64,000 nucleotides of DNA. Origin: Gemmatimonadota bacterium (GTDB lineage: Bacteria > Gemmatimonadota > Gemmatimonadetes > Longimicrobiales > RSA9). Where the stretch lies: the NCBI GenBank assembly GCA_039715185.1, contig JBDLIA010000006.1:1736-65735 (forward strand), read 5' to 3'. The position numbers and the translations under genes were made by a program. Below are positions 18,119 through 26,777 of this stretch, one piece after another. The notes beneath the pieces are model-generated. The model saw nothing but the letters and a program-made list of their open reading frames with translations, ran no database searches and was not told the DNA's origin. The stretch's first letter is position 1. Each line of letters opens with the position of its first letter.

Positions 18119-18262
18119 TCAGGCGAAAAAGCTCAGCGCCAACAGGACCGCGCCCACTACCAGCGCGATCTTCGCGAGCGTGAGCAGGGTTCGAATCACG
18201 AACCCCACGACCGCGACTCCGATGAGGACCGCCGCCAGGACCGCCAATGGGCCTATCGTCAT
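18119..18262 (-). CDS. Small (47 aa) hydrophobic membrane protein, below the ORF-track cutoff
   Basis: Translated by hand: MTIGPLAVLAAVLIGVAVVGFVIRTLLTLAKIALVVGAVLLALSFFA. Two predicted TM helices. ATG lies 9 nt downstream of the oxidoreductase stop on the same strand. Confidence 0.4.
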   Translation of the reverse strand: MTIGPLAVLAAVLIGVAVVGFVIRTLLTLAKIALVVGAVLLALSFFA

Positions 18263-18271
18263 CGGTCCGAC

Positions 18272-19300
18272 TCAGGGCACGAGGACGATCTTGCCGAAGG
18301 CCTCGCCCGACTCCAGCCGTGCGTGGGCTTCGCGGATCTCCGACAGCGGCCGCACGCTGTCCACCACGGGGTCGAATTCGCCCGAGAAGACCAGGTCCAT
18401 GACCTTCAGGAATTCGGCGTGGTTTGCCATCGTGGAGCCCACGACATGCGCCTGCTTCCAGAACAGCAGCCGCAGATCGAGCTCGCCGGTGGGGCCGGTC
18501 GTGGCGCCGTATACGATCATCCTGCCGCCGCGGGCCAGCGACCGGACGCAGGGTCCGAAGATCGTCGAGCCCGAGGAGTCCAGTATCACATCCACGCCGC
18601 GCTTGCCCGTCTCACGCCAGACGGATCGAGACCACTCCTCGTCGGAGCGGTCGTAGACCACGTGCGCGCCGAGTTGCCGCACGCGATCCAGGTAGGGCGT
18701 GGACGTCAGCGCGAGCACGCGGGCGCCCGCGAAACGCGCGATCTGAACGGCCGCGGTCGCGACCCCACCGGACGCCCCGGTGATCAGGACCGTGTCGCCC
18801 GGCCGCAACCGGCCCTGGGTGATGAGGGCGCGCCACGCCGTCATGAACGCTAGGGGCGCCGCCGCGGCCCGCTCGAAGGCCACGCCATCCGAGATCGGGT
18901 AGACGTTGCGCGCGGGCACCACCACGAACTCCGCGGCGCCGCCCCGCACGTGCTCGCCGATGATCCGGTAGCGGACGCACAGGCTGTGTTCTCCGCGGGC
19001 GCACCACTCGCACTCGCCGCACCACAAGGACGGATTCACCACGGCCCTCTGGCCCGGCTTCACGCCGAACACCACCGGCCCCACGTCGTCCACCTCTCCC
19101 GCGATGTCCGAGCCGCCGATGTGCGGCATCTCGATATCGATCGGGAGTCCGCGCCGGACCCAGAGGTCCAGGTGGTTCAGCGCCACCGCGCGCACCCGCA
19201 GGCGCACCTCCCCGGGGCCGGGCTGGGGCACCTCTACCTCTTCTATCCGGAGCATCTCCGGGCCGCCGTGCTCGTAGAAGAGCGCCGCTCGCATTCGCAT
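18272..19300 (-). CDS. Zinc-type alcohol dehydrogenase / quinone oxidoreductase (MDR family)
   Basis: Internal ATG at 19300 gives MRMRAALFYEHGGPEMLRIEEVEVPQPGPGEVRLRVRAVALNHLD. GASGGVATAAVQIA is the nucleotide-binding motif. Confidence 0.85.
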   Translation of the reverse strand: MRMRAALFYEHGGPEMLRIEEVEVPQPGPGEVRLRVRAVALNHLDLWVRRGLPIDIEMPHIGGSDIAGEVDDVGPVVFGVKPGQRAVVNPSLWCGECEWCARGEHSLCVRYRIIGEHVRGGAAEFVVVPARNVYPISDGVAFERAAAAPLAFMTAWRALITQGRLRPGDTVLITGASGGVATAAVQIARFAGARVLALTSTPYLDRVRQLGAHVVYDRSDEEWSRSVWRETGKRGVDVILDSSGSTIFGPCVRSLARGGRMIVYGATTGPTGELDLRLLFWKQAHVVGSTMANHAEFLKVMDLVFSGEFDPVVDSVRPLSEIREAHARLESGEAFGKIVLVP

Positions 19301-19358
19301 CGGTTGGGCTTCTCGTGATTGGTCCCGGGGCCACTCCCCTCGAACCACCGCCAACCCT

Positions 19359-19832
19359 ATGCCCCCGGAGCGCACGCCGCTAGCCGGTTGTGCGCGGCTC
19401 GCGCTCATGGGACATTTCCTGGCAATGACTCATCACGAAGGAAACGGGTCCGCGCCGGATCTGATCGACACGCTGCGCGCGACCAAGCGCGCCACCGGCG
19501 AGGCGGCCGATGCCACGCTCGCCGGGTATCGTCGCGAGCACGAGCGTCCGCCGGCGTTCGAGGGGGTCGATGGCCACGCCTACACGGTGGAGGTCGACGT
19601 CGAGGAGACCGACGACCCGAGCCGACCGTACGCCTCGTTCTTCGTGTTTCCGCGCTGGGCGGCGACCGGCGCGGGCATCATGGGCCACGTGGAATCACGC
19701 GACGTGGCCTCCGGAAGAAGCGCGGCCGAGGCGCGCGCGTCGGCCGAGGGCTGGACCTTGTTCGAGATTCGCGCGGAGCTGGACGCCGCCATCCGGCGCA
19801 GAGCGGAGGACCTTGGAGACGAAGCATGCTGA
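19359..19832 (+). CDS. Hypothetical protein
   Basis: ORF with coding-like composition. Alternative starts at 19407 and 19425. Overlaps the next gene by 7 nt. No motif recognised. Confidence 0.4.
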   Translation: MPPERTPLAGCARLALMGHFLAMTHHEGNGSAPDLIDTLRATKRATGEAADATLAGYRREHERPPAFEGVDGHAYTVEVDVEETDDPSRPYASFFVFPRWAATGAGIMGHVESRDVASGRSAAEARASAEGWTLFEIRAELDAAIRRRAEDLGDEAC

Positions 19833-20794
19833 AGGACGTCCTGCTCGCGTTGAGCGAGAGTTCGCTCGGACGCCGCATCGCGACGGACGCGCCGTTCGCT
19901 CGATCCGTCGCCCGTCGGTTCGTCGCCGGAGAGACCGTCGAGGACGCGCTCGCCGCGGCCCGGGCGCTGAACGAGGGCGGCATGCACGTCTCCCTGGACT
20001 ATCTGGGCGAGTCCGTCAACAGCGCCGAGAAAGCGCACGCCGCGGGAGCGACGATCGGCGCCGTGGTGAGCGCGATCGGCCGGGAAGAGCTGGACGCCAA
20101 CGTGAGCGTCAAGCTCACGCAGCTGGGGCAGGACATCGACGATACGTTTCTCCTGGAGGTGGTGAATCCCCTGCTCGACGCGGCCGCAGAGCGCGACCTG
20201 TTCATCCGCTTCGACATGGAGTCGGCGGAGTACACTCAGCAGACCCTGGACTTCTTCGTGGAGCGCTGGAACGAGGGCCGCCGCAACGTGGGAGTGGTGC
20301 TGCAATCGTACCTCTACCGCACGGAAGAGGACGTCGCGAAGGCGAATCGCCTGGGGGCGAGGGTGCGGCTGTGCAAGGGCGCCTACAAGGAGCCGGAGGA
20401 GGTCGCGTACCCGGACAAGACCGACGTGGACGCCAACTTCGTCCGCTGCATGGAGGCGCTGCTCACGGACGGGAACTATCCCGGGATCGCCACGCACGAT
20501 GAGGCGATGATCCAGGCCACCAAGCGCTTCGCCCGGGACCACCGCATCGACCGCGATCGCTTCGAGTTCCAGATGCTATATGGAGTCCGCAGGGACATCC
20601 AGAGGCAGCTCGTGGACGAGGGGTACCACCTGCGCATATACGTACCGTTCGGCGAAGCGTGGTATCCCTATTTCATGCGCCGCATGGCCGAGAGACCGGC
20701 GAATCTCCTGTTCGTGGTCGACAGCATCGTGCGCGAATCCCCGCTCGGCTTCCTGCGCGGGAACGGGTCGAGAGGGAGGAAGCCGACGGCGTGA
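19826..20794 (+). CDS. Proline dehydrogenase (monofunctional)
   Basis: ATG at 19826 inside ORF 19319..20794. VSVKLTQLG, VRLCKGAYKEP and IATHDE...FEFQMLYGVR are hallmark proline dehydrogenase segments. Confidence 0.85.
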   Translation: MLKDVLLALSESSLGRRIATDAPFARSVARRFVAGETVEDALAAARALNEGGMHVSLDYLGESVNSAEKAHAAGATIGAVVSAIGREELDANVSVKLTQLGQDIDDTFLLEVVNPLLDAAAERDLFIRFDMESAEYTQQTLDFFVERWNEGRRNVGVVLQSYLYRTEEDVAKANRLGARVRLCKGAYKEPEEVAYPDKTDVDANFVRCMEALLTDGNYPGIATHDEAMIQATKRFARDHRIDRDRFEFQMLYGVRRDIQRQLVDEGYHLRIYVPFGEAWYPYFMRRMAERPANLLFVVDSIVRESPLGFLRGNGSRGRKPTA

Positions 20795-21495
20795 GCGAGG
20801 GTGCCGCCCCGACGGATTCGGCCGCCGCAAGATCGGATTTACTGCGCGTCACCGAGATCTTCCACTCCATCCAGGGAGAGGGCACGTGGGCGGGGCTGCC
20901 GTGCACGTTCATCCGCCTTACGGGATGCCCGCTCCGGTGCGTGTGGTGCGACACCGAGTACGCGTTCCACGGCGGCGAGCGAATGACCCTGAGGGCCATC
21001 GTGGAGCGCGCGCGGTCGATCGGCACGCCGCTCGTGGAGGTGACCGGCGGCGAACCCTTGGTCCACCCGGGAGCGTTTCGGCTGTGCACGCTCCTCCTGG
21101 ACGCCGGCTTCACCGTACTCGTCGAGACGTCCGGCGCATTGGATGTCGGCCCGCTCGACCCCCGAGCCCACAAGATCATGGACCTCAAGTGTCCTGGGTC
21201 GGGAGAGAGCCACCGAAACCTCTGGTCGAACATCGACAAGCTCACCGGACGCGACGAGGTCAAATTCGTCGTGGCCGACCGCGTCGACTACGAGTGGGCT
21301 CGTGAGACGATCGCTGTCCGCGGGTTGGACGAGCGCGTGCGGTCCGGCCAACTCCGCGCGCTGCTCATGGCACCAGCCTGGGGCGCCGTGGAGTGGGCGG
21401 ACCTGGCCGGCTGGATCCTGGAGGACCAACTCCCCGTGCGCCTGCAATTGCAGTTGCACAAGCTCATTTGGGGGGCGGACGCCACGGGCGTGTAA
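20791..21495 (+). CDS. queE: 7-carboxy-7-deazaguanine synthase (radical SAM)
   Basis: GTG at 20791 (GTGA overlap with the upstream stop). EIFHSIQGEGTWAGLPCTFIRLTGCPLRCVWCDTEY is the QueE signature. Confidence 0.85.
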   Translation: MSEGAAPTDSAAARSDLLRVTEIFHSIQGEGTWAGLPCTFIRLTGCPLRCVWCDTEYAFHGGERMTLRAIVERARSIGTPLVEVTGGEPLVHPGAFRLCTLLLDAGFTVLVETSGALDVGPLDPRAHKIMDLKCPGSGESHRNLWSNIDKLTGRDEVKFVVADRVDYEWARETIAVRGLDERVRSGQLRALLMAPAWGAVEWADLAGWILEDQLPVRLQLQLHKLIWGADATGV

Positions 21496-21496
21496 C

Positions 21497-21515
21497 CGCG
21501 CGTCGACGACGCGCG
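21497..21515. terminator. GC hairpin between convergent genes
   Basis: CGCGCGTC-GAC-GACGCGCG, an 8-bp stem with a triloop, immediately after the queE stop. Only a weak T-rich tail. Confidence 0.3.
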
Positions 21516-21540
21516 CTGTCTGGTGGTCTGTTACAGCCCA

Positions 21541-23844
21541 CTAGTTGATCGCCGGCGCCCCGCCGCACGCGTCCGGCGGCTGACTCAAGCGAAAACCGCT
21601 GTCCGGGTCGAGCACCCGCAACGCCCGCTCCACGGTCTCGAGCTCTTCGAGCAGGGCCTCCAGTTCCGGGCGGACCTCCTCGGGGACGGGTTCCTCGCGC
21701 CACCTCCTACCGTACAGCCTGCGCGCGAGCCACCGGCGGCCCGCGTCCCCCGCCAGCGCCCGGCCCCGCTCCAGAGCGAGTCCCCGCGCGACCGACCGCG
21801 CCGCCTGGCGGATGAGCTCGCGTCGCGCGCCGGCGCGGGCGTCGCCGTAGGCCGCGCCAGGCGCCAGGCAGATCCACGCGTCCAGCGCGTCCGCGGCGAG
21901 CTCGTAGCCGCGCAGCGCGGTGCGCAGGCGGCGCGGGCCGCGCCGCGCCGCGGCGCCCTCGGGGAAGCGGGCGTCGCGGGGGTCCGCCAGAGCCAGCCTC
22001 AAGAGGTCCATGGCGGTATGGGCTCGGCCCGGCCCGAATCCGGACAGGAACCACTCGCGTGTCTCCGCGTACACCGGCGCGATGTCGTCCAGGATCGCTA
22101 CCAGCGCGCCTCCAGCCTTCCCGCTGACGTCGGGGGGCGGGACCGTGCCGTACCCGGTCAGGACGTCGTCCTGCACGGACGACAGGTACCCGTTCATGCG
22201 ACCCTCGTGGCCGAGCGCCACGACACTGAACCAGTCGATTCCCCGGGCAAACACTTCGGCGGGTCTCGCCCAGTGGCTGCCGTCGGCAGGCGCGGCGGCG
22301 GCGCTGGAGGCTGCAGCCGCGAGCCCGCGCACCGAGGTCGCGAACGAGTCGCCCGCGCCCCGCACGGATCGATCGGTGCCGTAATCGCCCCGGACGTGGT
22401 AACGGCGCAGTGCCACCTGCCAGTCCAGGTCGTGCGCGATCTCGTGCGCCAGCGTCCCGGCTCCGGTGAGGGGCGGGAGATAAAGGCGGCGCTCCCCGGG
22501 GTCGTGCAGCGCGAGGGGGCCGGTGCGCTCCGCCGCGCCGACGTGGATGCGCAGGCCGTCCAGCCGCAGGGTGGGCATCACGCGCCGCAGGTCGGACACC
22601 GCCACGTCGAGGACGGCCAGGTAGTACGGCCTCCACGCCTCGGCCACGCTGGCGTCGAACGTCACGCCGGCGATCCCATGACGCTCGGCCAAGTCAGCCT
22701 GCAGAGGCGCCGGCGAGCCCGGGAACCACGGTCGCTCCTGGGCGAACGCTCGCGTGCCGACAGCGGACCACAGAGCGACCGCGTTGCCCACCGGATGGTC
22801 CGCGGTGCGGGCGTTGAGCAGTACCAACTCGGCCGCGAGCGCCTCCTCGGTCGTGGCCCGGCTCAGGAACCGCCGCGCGGCCACGCGCCCGTGCGCTCCG
22901 AACCCCACGCCGCTGCGCAGAACGGTGGCGTGGGATTCCAGGGCGAGAGAGATCGCCGGGCGCGGTGGCGCGTGGTGACGGTTCGCAAGGGCAGCCAGGC
23001 GCGTCGCGGCTGCCGCAGCGAGCAACGGCCTGGAAGACCGCTCTCCGGCAATCCCCCGGGTCGCGCCCGGCCCGGCGAGGTTACGGACGGCGTCCACCAA
23101 CAGCGCCGCCAGGCGCAGTCCCTCCGACTCCAGCGCGGGCGTGGGGGGCTGGCTGAGCGGCTCCTCCACTCGCGCACCGCCGTCGGCGCGCCAAGCCGGC
23201 AGGATCGTCAACGCGGACTCGCCGCTCTCCTCCGCCGCGGCCAGCAACGCCAGGGCGTCTCGTCTGGCCAGCTCCCGGTCCCGCAGAAGCGCCGCCACAC
23301 GGATGGCGTTGCGGACGGCCGATCGCTTGACGACGCCCTCGGCTCCGGCCAGCGCATAGGCGACACGCACCGCCAGCTCACCCGCGCGAGGATCCTCGGC
23401 TTCCCGGATGGTGCGCTCGATCAGCCGGACGTGATCGGACCCGGGCCGCACTTCGCGGCGGCCCATGAGGACCTCGGCTCCGTCCAGCACCCGTGAGTCG
23501 ATCGCGTAGATCTGTCGGCGCAACGTCCGCTGCAGGATCGACGCCGCCACCGGCCGGCGATCGGCCTCCGTGACGCGCGGATCCGTCAGCGCGAACTCGG
23601 CGAGTCGGAATGGCGATCCCAGCCCCAGGCGTGCGCGCTCGAGGTATCCGACGCCGATCAAGCGAGAGTCGGACAGCTGCCCGCCCCGACGCGCCGCGCG
23701 CACCCAGCGCGACGCCTTGGCCGCACCAAGGCCCACCTCCGCGGCCGCATCGATCGGGGGACTCGGCGCCTCCTGCGGCCCGCACCCGCCCACGAGTAGG
23801 GCCGTGAGGGAGGCCGTAACCCAGCCCTTCCGCGGCGCGCTCAT
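21541..23844 (-). CDS. Large lipoprotein with HExxH motif (putative metallopeptidase-like), function unknown
   Basis: Lipobox LLVGGC near the N-terminus. AHEIAHDLDW motif. 767 aa. Start overlaps the HNH gene stop (ATGA). Confidence 0.6.
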   Translation of the reverse strand: MSAPRKGWVTASLTALLVGGCGPQEAPSPPIDAAAEVGLGAAKASRWVRAARRGGQLSDSRLIGVGYLERARLGLGSPFRLAEFALTDPRVTEADRRPVAASILQRTLRRQIYAIDSRVLDGAEVLMGRREVRPGSDHVRLIERTIREAEDPRAGELAVRVAYALAGAEGVVKRSAVRNAIRVAALLRDRELARRDALALLAAAEESGESALTILPAWRADGGARVEEPLSQPPTPALESEGLRLAALLVDAVRNLAGPGATRGIAGERSSRPLLAAAAATRLAALANRHHAPPRPAISLALESHATVLRSGVGFGAHGRVAARRFLSRATTEEALAAELVLLNARTADHPVGNAVALWSAVGTRAFAQERPWFPGSPAPLQADLAERHGIAGVTFDASVAEAWRPYYLAVLDVAVSDLRRVMPTLRLDGLRIHVGAAERTGPLALHDPGERRLYLPPLTGAGTLAHEIAHDLDWQVALRRYHVRGDYGTDRSVRGAGDSFATSVRGLAAAASSAAAAPADGSHWARPAEVFARGIDWFSVVALGHEGRMNGYLSSVQDDVLTGYGTVPPPDVSGKAGGALVAILDDIAPVYAETREWFLSGFGPGRAHTAMDLLRLALADPRDARFPEGAAARRGPRRLRTALRGYELAADALDAWICLAPGAAYGDARAGARRELIRQAARSVARGLALERGRALAGDAGRRWLARRLYGRRWREEPVPEEVRPELEALLEELETVERALRVLDPDSGFRLSQPPDACGGAPAIN

Positions 23845-24194
23845 GGCGCCCGCGCTCGCTCGGCGGCGGCGCGCTCGGAGGCGCTTCGGGCGGCCTCGAT
23901 TACCGCCCTGCGGTGGCGCGGCCAGACCCAGCGAGCGCTGCGAAGGAAGTTCTCACGGGCCATTGCGTCCGACTCCAGGTAAGCCCAGGCCGGTCTGCCG
24001 GCCTTGCCCCGATTACAGGTCAGGCAGGCGGTAACGAGGTTGCCGTCGGAGTGATCGCCACCCCTTTGCCGCGGCTCCACGTGGTCCACGCTCAGTTGGC
24101 TCTCCTCGTATGGCCGCCCACAGTAGACGCACCGGTAGCCGTCGCGCTCGAAGATCCTGCGCCGTCTTTCCGCCTTCGCGCCGCCGGTAGTCAT
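23841..24194 (-). CDS. Small HNH endonuclease
   Basis: Internal ATG at 24194 of ORF 23841..24560. RCVYCGRPYEESQLSVDHVEPRQRGGDHSDGNLVTACLTCNRGK is a complete HNH (CxxC ... H-N ... CxxC) motif. Confidence 0.8.
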   Translation of the reverse strand: MTTGGAKAERRRRIFERDGYRCVYCGRPYEESQLSVDHVEPRQRGGDHSDGNLVTACLTCNRGKAGRPAWAYLESDAMARENFLRSARWVWPRHRRAVIEAARSASERAAAERARAP

Positions 24195-24257
24195 GATCCG
24201 TCCTACACGGCCCGCGGCGAGTTTGCTCCCCGCCGAGGGCTCGGGTAGTCTGGCGCC

Positions 24258-24851
24258 ATGTCGCAGCTTATCGAGGCCCTGCGCGCCACCCTTCAGGACC
24301 GGCCCGCGCGGACCGTGCACAGACCGGATGGGACCACAGAGGCCGCCGTGGCGCTGCTGCTGCGAGCTACTCCGTCCCTGGAGCTCCTGCTGATCCATCG
24401 CGCCGAGATGGCGGGCGACCCCTGGTCCGGGCACATCGCGTTCCCCGGTGGGAGGCGCGAATCGGCCGACAGCACGCTGCTGGAGACGGCCCTCCGCGAA
24501 TCGGATGAAGAACTGGGAGCCAACGTGTCCCGACTCGGACGGCCCCTCGGCGCCCTTCACGAAATGGCGCCTTCAGCGCGCCGGTTGCCCTCCATCGTCA
24601 TCGCCCCCTTCGTGGTCGCGGTGCCACCGGATCTGCGGCTGCGGCCGGATCCGCGCGAGGTGCAGGAGGCCTTCTGGGCCCCCGTGGCCGACCTGAGAGC
24701 GGAGGCCTCGGCTACCGAGATCGTCCACGGGACCGGCCCCGAAGCGCGCACGTTCCCGGCCATCCGACACGGGCGACACACGGTCTGGGGGCTGACCCTG
24801 GGGGCGCTGTGGGGACTGTTCGACGCGCTCGATGCGGCCGCCGGGGGCTAG
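24258..24851 (+). CDS. Nudix hydrolase, CoA pyrophosphatase-like
   Basis: LLLIHRAEMAGDPWSGHIAFPGG (CoA-type upstream motif) followed by the Nudix box GGRRESADSTLLETALRESDEELG. Confidence 0.75.
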   Translation: MSQLIEALRATLQDRPARTVHRPDGTTEAAVALLLRATPSLELLLIHRAEMAGDPWSGHIAFPGGRRESADSTLLETALRESDEELGANVSRLGRPLGALHEMAPSARRLPSIVIAPFVVAVPPDLRLRPDPREVQEAFWAPVADLRAEASATEIVHGTGPEARTFPAIRHGRHTVWGLTLGALWGLFDALDAAAGG

Positions 24852-25987
24852 AGTGTACCGTTGGAGAAGTCCGTGCGGTGCGCGAGTCCCGGCTGGCGCA
24901 CGCCGGCGCTGAAGCCGTCGAATTCCGCCGCGGGGCCCTCGGGCATGCGCGCGTCCCTGTTCTCCAACGCACGCTCGGCGGCGCGCGCCACTTCCTGGGT
25001 CACCTCTTCCTCGATCGCCTCCAGTCTCTGCCTCGGCACGCCCCGTCCCACGAGCCACTGCTCGTAGAGGCCGATGGGGTCGCGCTTGCCCCACTCGCGG
25101 AACAGCTCGGCGGGAAAAGTACGCCGCGCCTCTGCCTCGTCGTGGGTGGCGTGCCCGCCCATGCGGAAGGTGTCGGCCACGATGATCGTCGGGCCTCCTC
25201 CCGCGCGTGCGCGGTCGGCGGCCACGCGCGTGGCCGCCAGCACGTCCAGCACGTTGTTGCCGTCCACCCGGTCGCCCGCCATGCCGTACATGCGCGGCCA
25301 CGCGTCGAAGTCACCGGCGTGGTGCTGATCGACTCGGGTCCCCAGGGCGACCTGGTTGTTCTGGATGATGAACACGGCCGGCACGGCCTGCACCGCCGCC
25401 AGGTTGAGCCCCTCGTGAACTGTCGCGGTCTTGGTCGCGCCGTCGCCGATCCACGTCAGCGCCACTCGCGGATCTGCGCGATTGCGGAACGCCAGCGCGA
25501 CACCGGTCATGACGGGGACCATGTCGCCCACGTGCGAGATCGGCTGCAGCACCCCACTGGCGGCCGATCCCACGTGCAGGTCGCGCCCCCCGTTGGGCCC
25601 GTCCGCGGTGCCCAGGTAGCCGGCGAAGAGATCCTCCAGGCGCATGCCCATCTCGTGGCACGCGCCGGCGTTGCGGATCATCGGAGCGACGACATCGCGC
25701 TCGCGATCCAGCGCGTGCACGGCGCCCACCGTCACCGCTTCCTCACCCGTCCCCAGCCACGCCTTGGAGATGACGCCGCGCCGCACCCAGCGCTTCAACT
25801 CGGTGTCGTGGGTGCGATTGCGCACCATGCCGGCGTACAGGTCCAGGAACTCCTGCGGCTCCAGCGCGGAGATCACGGACCGGCGCGACGGGTTCTCGTC
25901 GAGCGCCCGTCCGTACGCCAGGGTCAGCGCGGGATCGGGCTCCCAATCCACGTACTCGGGCGGATCGAAAGGGGGGTATCTGCGCAT
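24848..25987 (-). CDS. Thiamine-diphosphate-dependent 2-oxoacid dehydrogenase E1 alpha subunit
   Basis: GTGEEAVTVG, IGDGATKTATVHEGLNLAA and FIIQNNQVALGT are typical of E1 alpha. No beta subunit is adjacent. Confidence 0.8.
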   Translation of the reverse strand: MRRYPPFDPPEYVDWEPDPALTLAYGRALDENPSRRSVISALEPQEFLDLYAGMVRNRTHDTELKRWVRRGVISKAWLGTGEEAVTVGAVHALDRERDVVAPMIRNAGACHEMGMRLEDLFAGYLGTADGPNGGRDLHVGSAASGVLQPISHVGDMVPVMTGVALAFRNRADPRVALTWIGDGATKTATVHEGLNLAAVQAVPAVFIIQNNQVALGTRVDQHHAGDFDAWPRMYGMAGDRVDGNNVLDVLAATRVAADRARAGGGPTIIVADTFRMGGHATHDEAEARRTFPAELFREWGKRDPIGLYEQWLVGRGVPRQRLEAIEEEVTQEVARAAERALENRDARMPEGPAAEFDGFSAGVRQPGLAHRTDFSNGTL

Positions 25988-26132
25988 GGGACAAACCTAG
26001 CCTGTGGCGGCGGAATCGGGCCACCCACGGAACCGGGTGAGCGATGGCTCCGTTGCCGCGCGTCGCTCGCGCCCCCACTTTGCCGCTCGCGATCCCGTGC
26101 GGATCGCTCCGACGATTCGGCGACCTGCAAGA

Positions 26133-26762
26133 ATGACCACCGACCCTTCCGCGCGCCTCGACGGCACTATCGCGGCTCGGCTTCCGCTCGTGCTGCTGGA
26201 GACCGTGCGCGCCATCGATCTGCCCGAGGAGATCCTCGAGAACGAGGATCTCCCCGCCAGCCTGCCACGCCGCTTCGGCTTGAGCGACGTGGTGGCACGG
26301 CGCATCACGGGTTACGAGGCAGCGGCCCGAGACGGGAAACGCGTACCGGTGGAGGAGGTGGTCGACCTCTTTCGGCTCGTAATCCGCCGGCCCGACGCAC
26401 GCAACGTGCTCCGCGAGGCCGGGGTCGCGTTCGCGCGGCGCTCGCTGCCGCGGTTTCGAGTCGGCCCCGGACTGCCGTCCTTTCTCCGACGCATCGCCGC
26501 ACGGCGCGCGGCGAGGTCCCTGCTGAGGCCGGTGGGCACGCCCGGCGGGCGGTTCAAGGTAGAGCGGCCGTTGGTGGTTCGGTCGCCGTCCCCGTTCACC
26601 GCGGCGGCCGACGACCTGGGTACCGGCTGCGCGGTGGTTACTGGCGCCCTGGACGAGCTGGCCAGGACGTATCTGCGGGACCACCAGGGCGTAACCCACG
26701 AGCGCTGCGTGAAACGCGGAGACGACGCGTGCGAGTGGGTCGTGAGTTCCGCCGAAGACTGA
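26133..26762 (+). CDS. V4R (4-vinyl reductase)-like small-molecule-binding domain protein
   Basis: ATG at 26133 inside ORF 26004..26762. The C-terminal GCAVVTGALDELARTYLRDHQGVTHERCVKRGDDACEWVV matches the V4R Cys pattern. Confidence 0.55.
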   Translation: MTTDPSARLDGTIAARLPLVLLETVRAIDLPEEILENEDLPASLPRRFGLSDVVARRITGYEAAARDGKRVPVEEVVDLFRLVIRRPDARNVLREAGVAFARRSLPRFRVGPGLPSFLRRIAARRAARSLLRPVGTPGGRFKVERPLVVRSPSPFTAAADDLGTGCAVVTGALDELARTYLRDHQGVTHERCVKRGDDACEWVVSSAED

Positions 26763-26777
26763 CGGCGGGGAGGCGAA

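Noticed and set aside
17987-18853. ORFs that start inside the 166-bp repeat and so share an identical N-terminus (MMRPRGKAERRAVAVATARSS...; also MSEKYRVCRRGSPVCTEARD... at 42740..42922)
   Set aside because: The shared peptide simply reflects the repeated DNA. Downstream of the repeat the two ORFs diverge into antisense, low-complexity sequence. No RBS is present. The repeat's extensive self-complementarity fits an RNA or DNA element better than a coding one.
23841-24194. The HNH gene as an IscB/Cas9-like or HEARO-associated nuclease, with the 166-nt repeat as its guide RNA
   Set aside because: The protein is only 117 aa, with no RuvC segments. The nearest repeat copy is more than 5 kb away on either side and not adjacent to it. 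No array or guide-like variable region is visible.
24848-24851. Convergent Nudix and E1-alpha genes sharing a palindromic CTAG as overlapping stop codons
   Set aside because: This is a trivial consequence of tight gene packing. The resemblance to the CTAG at the repeat-element ends is probably coincidental.
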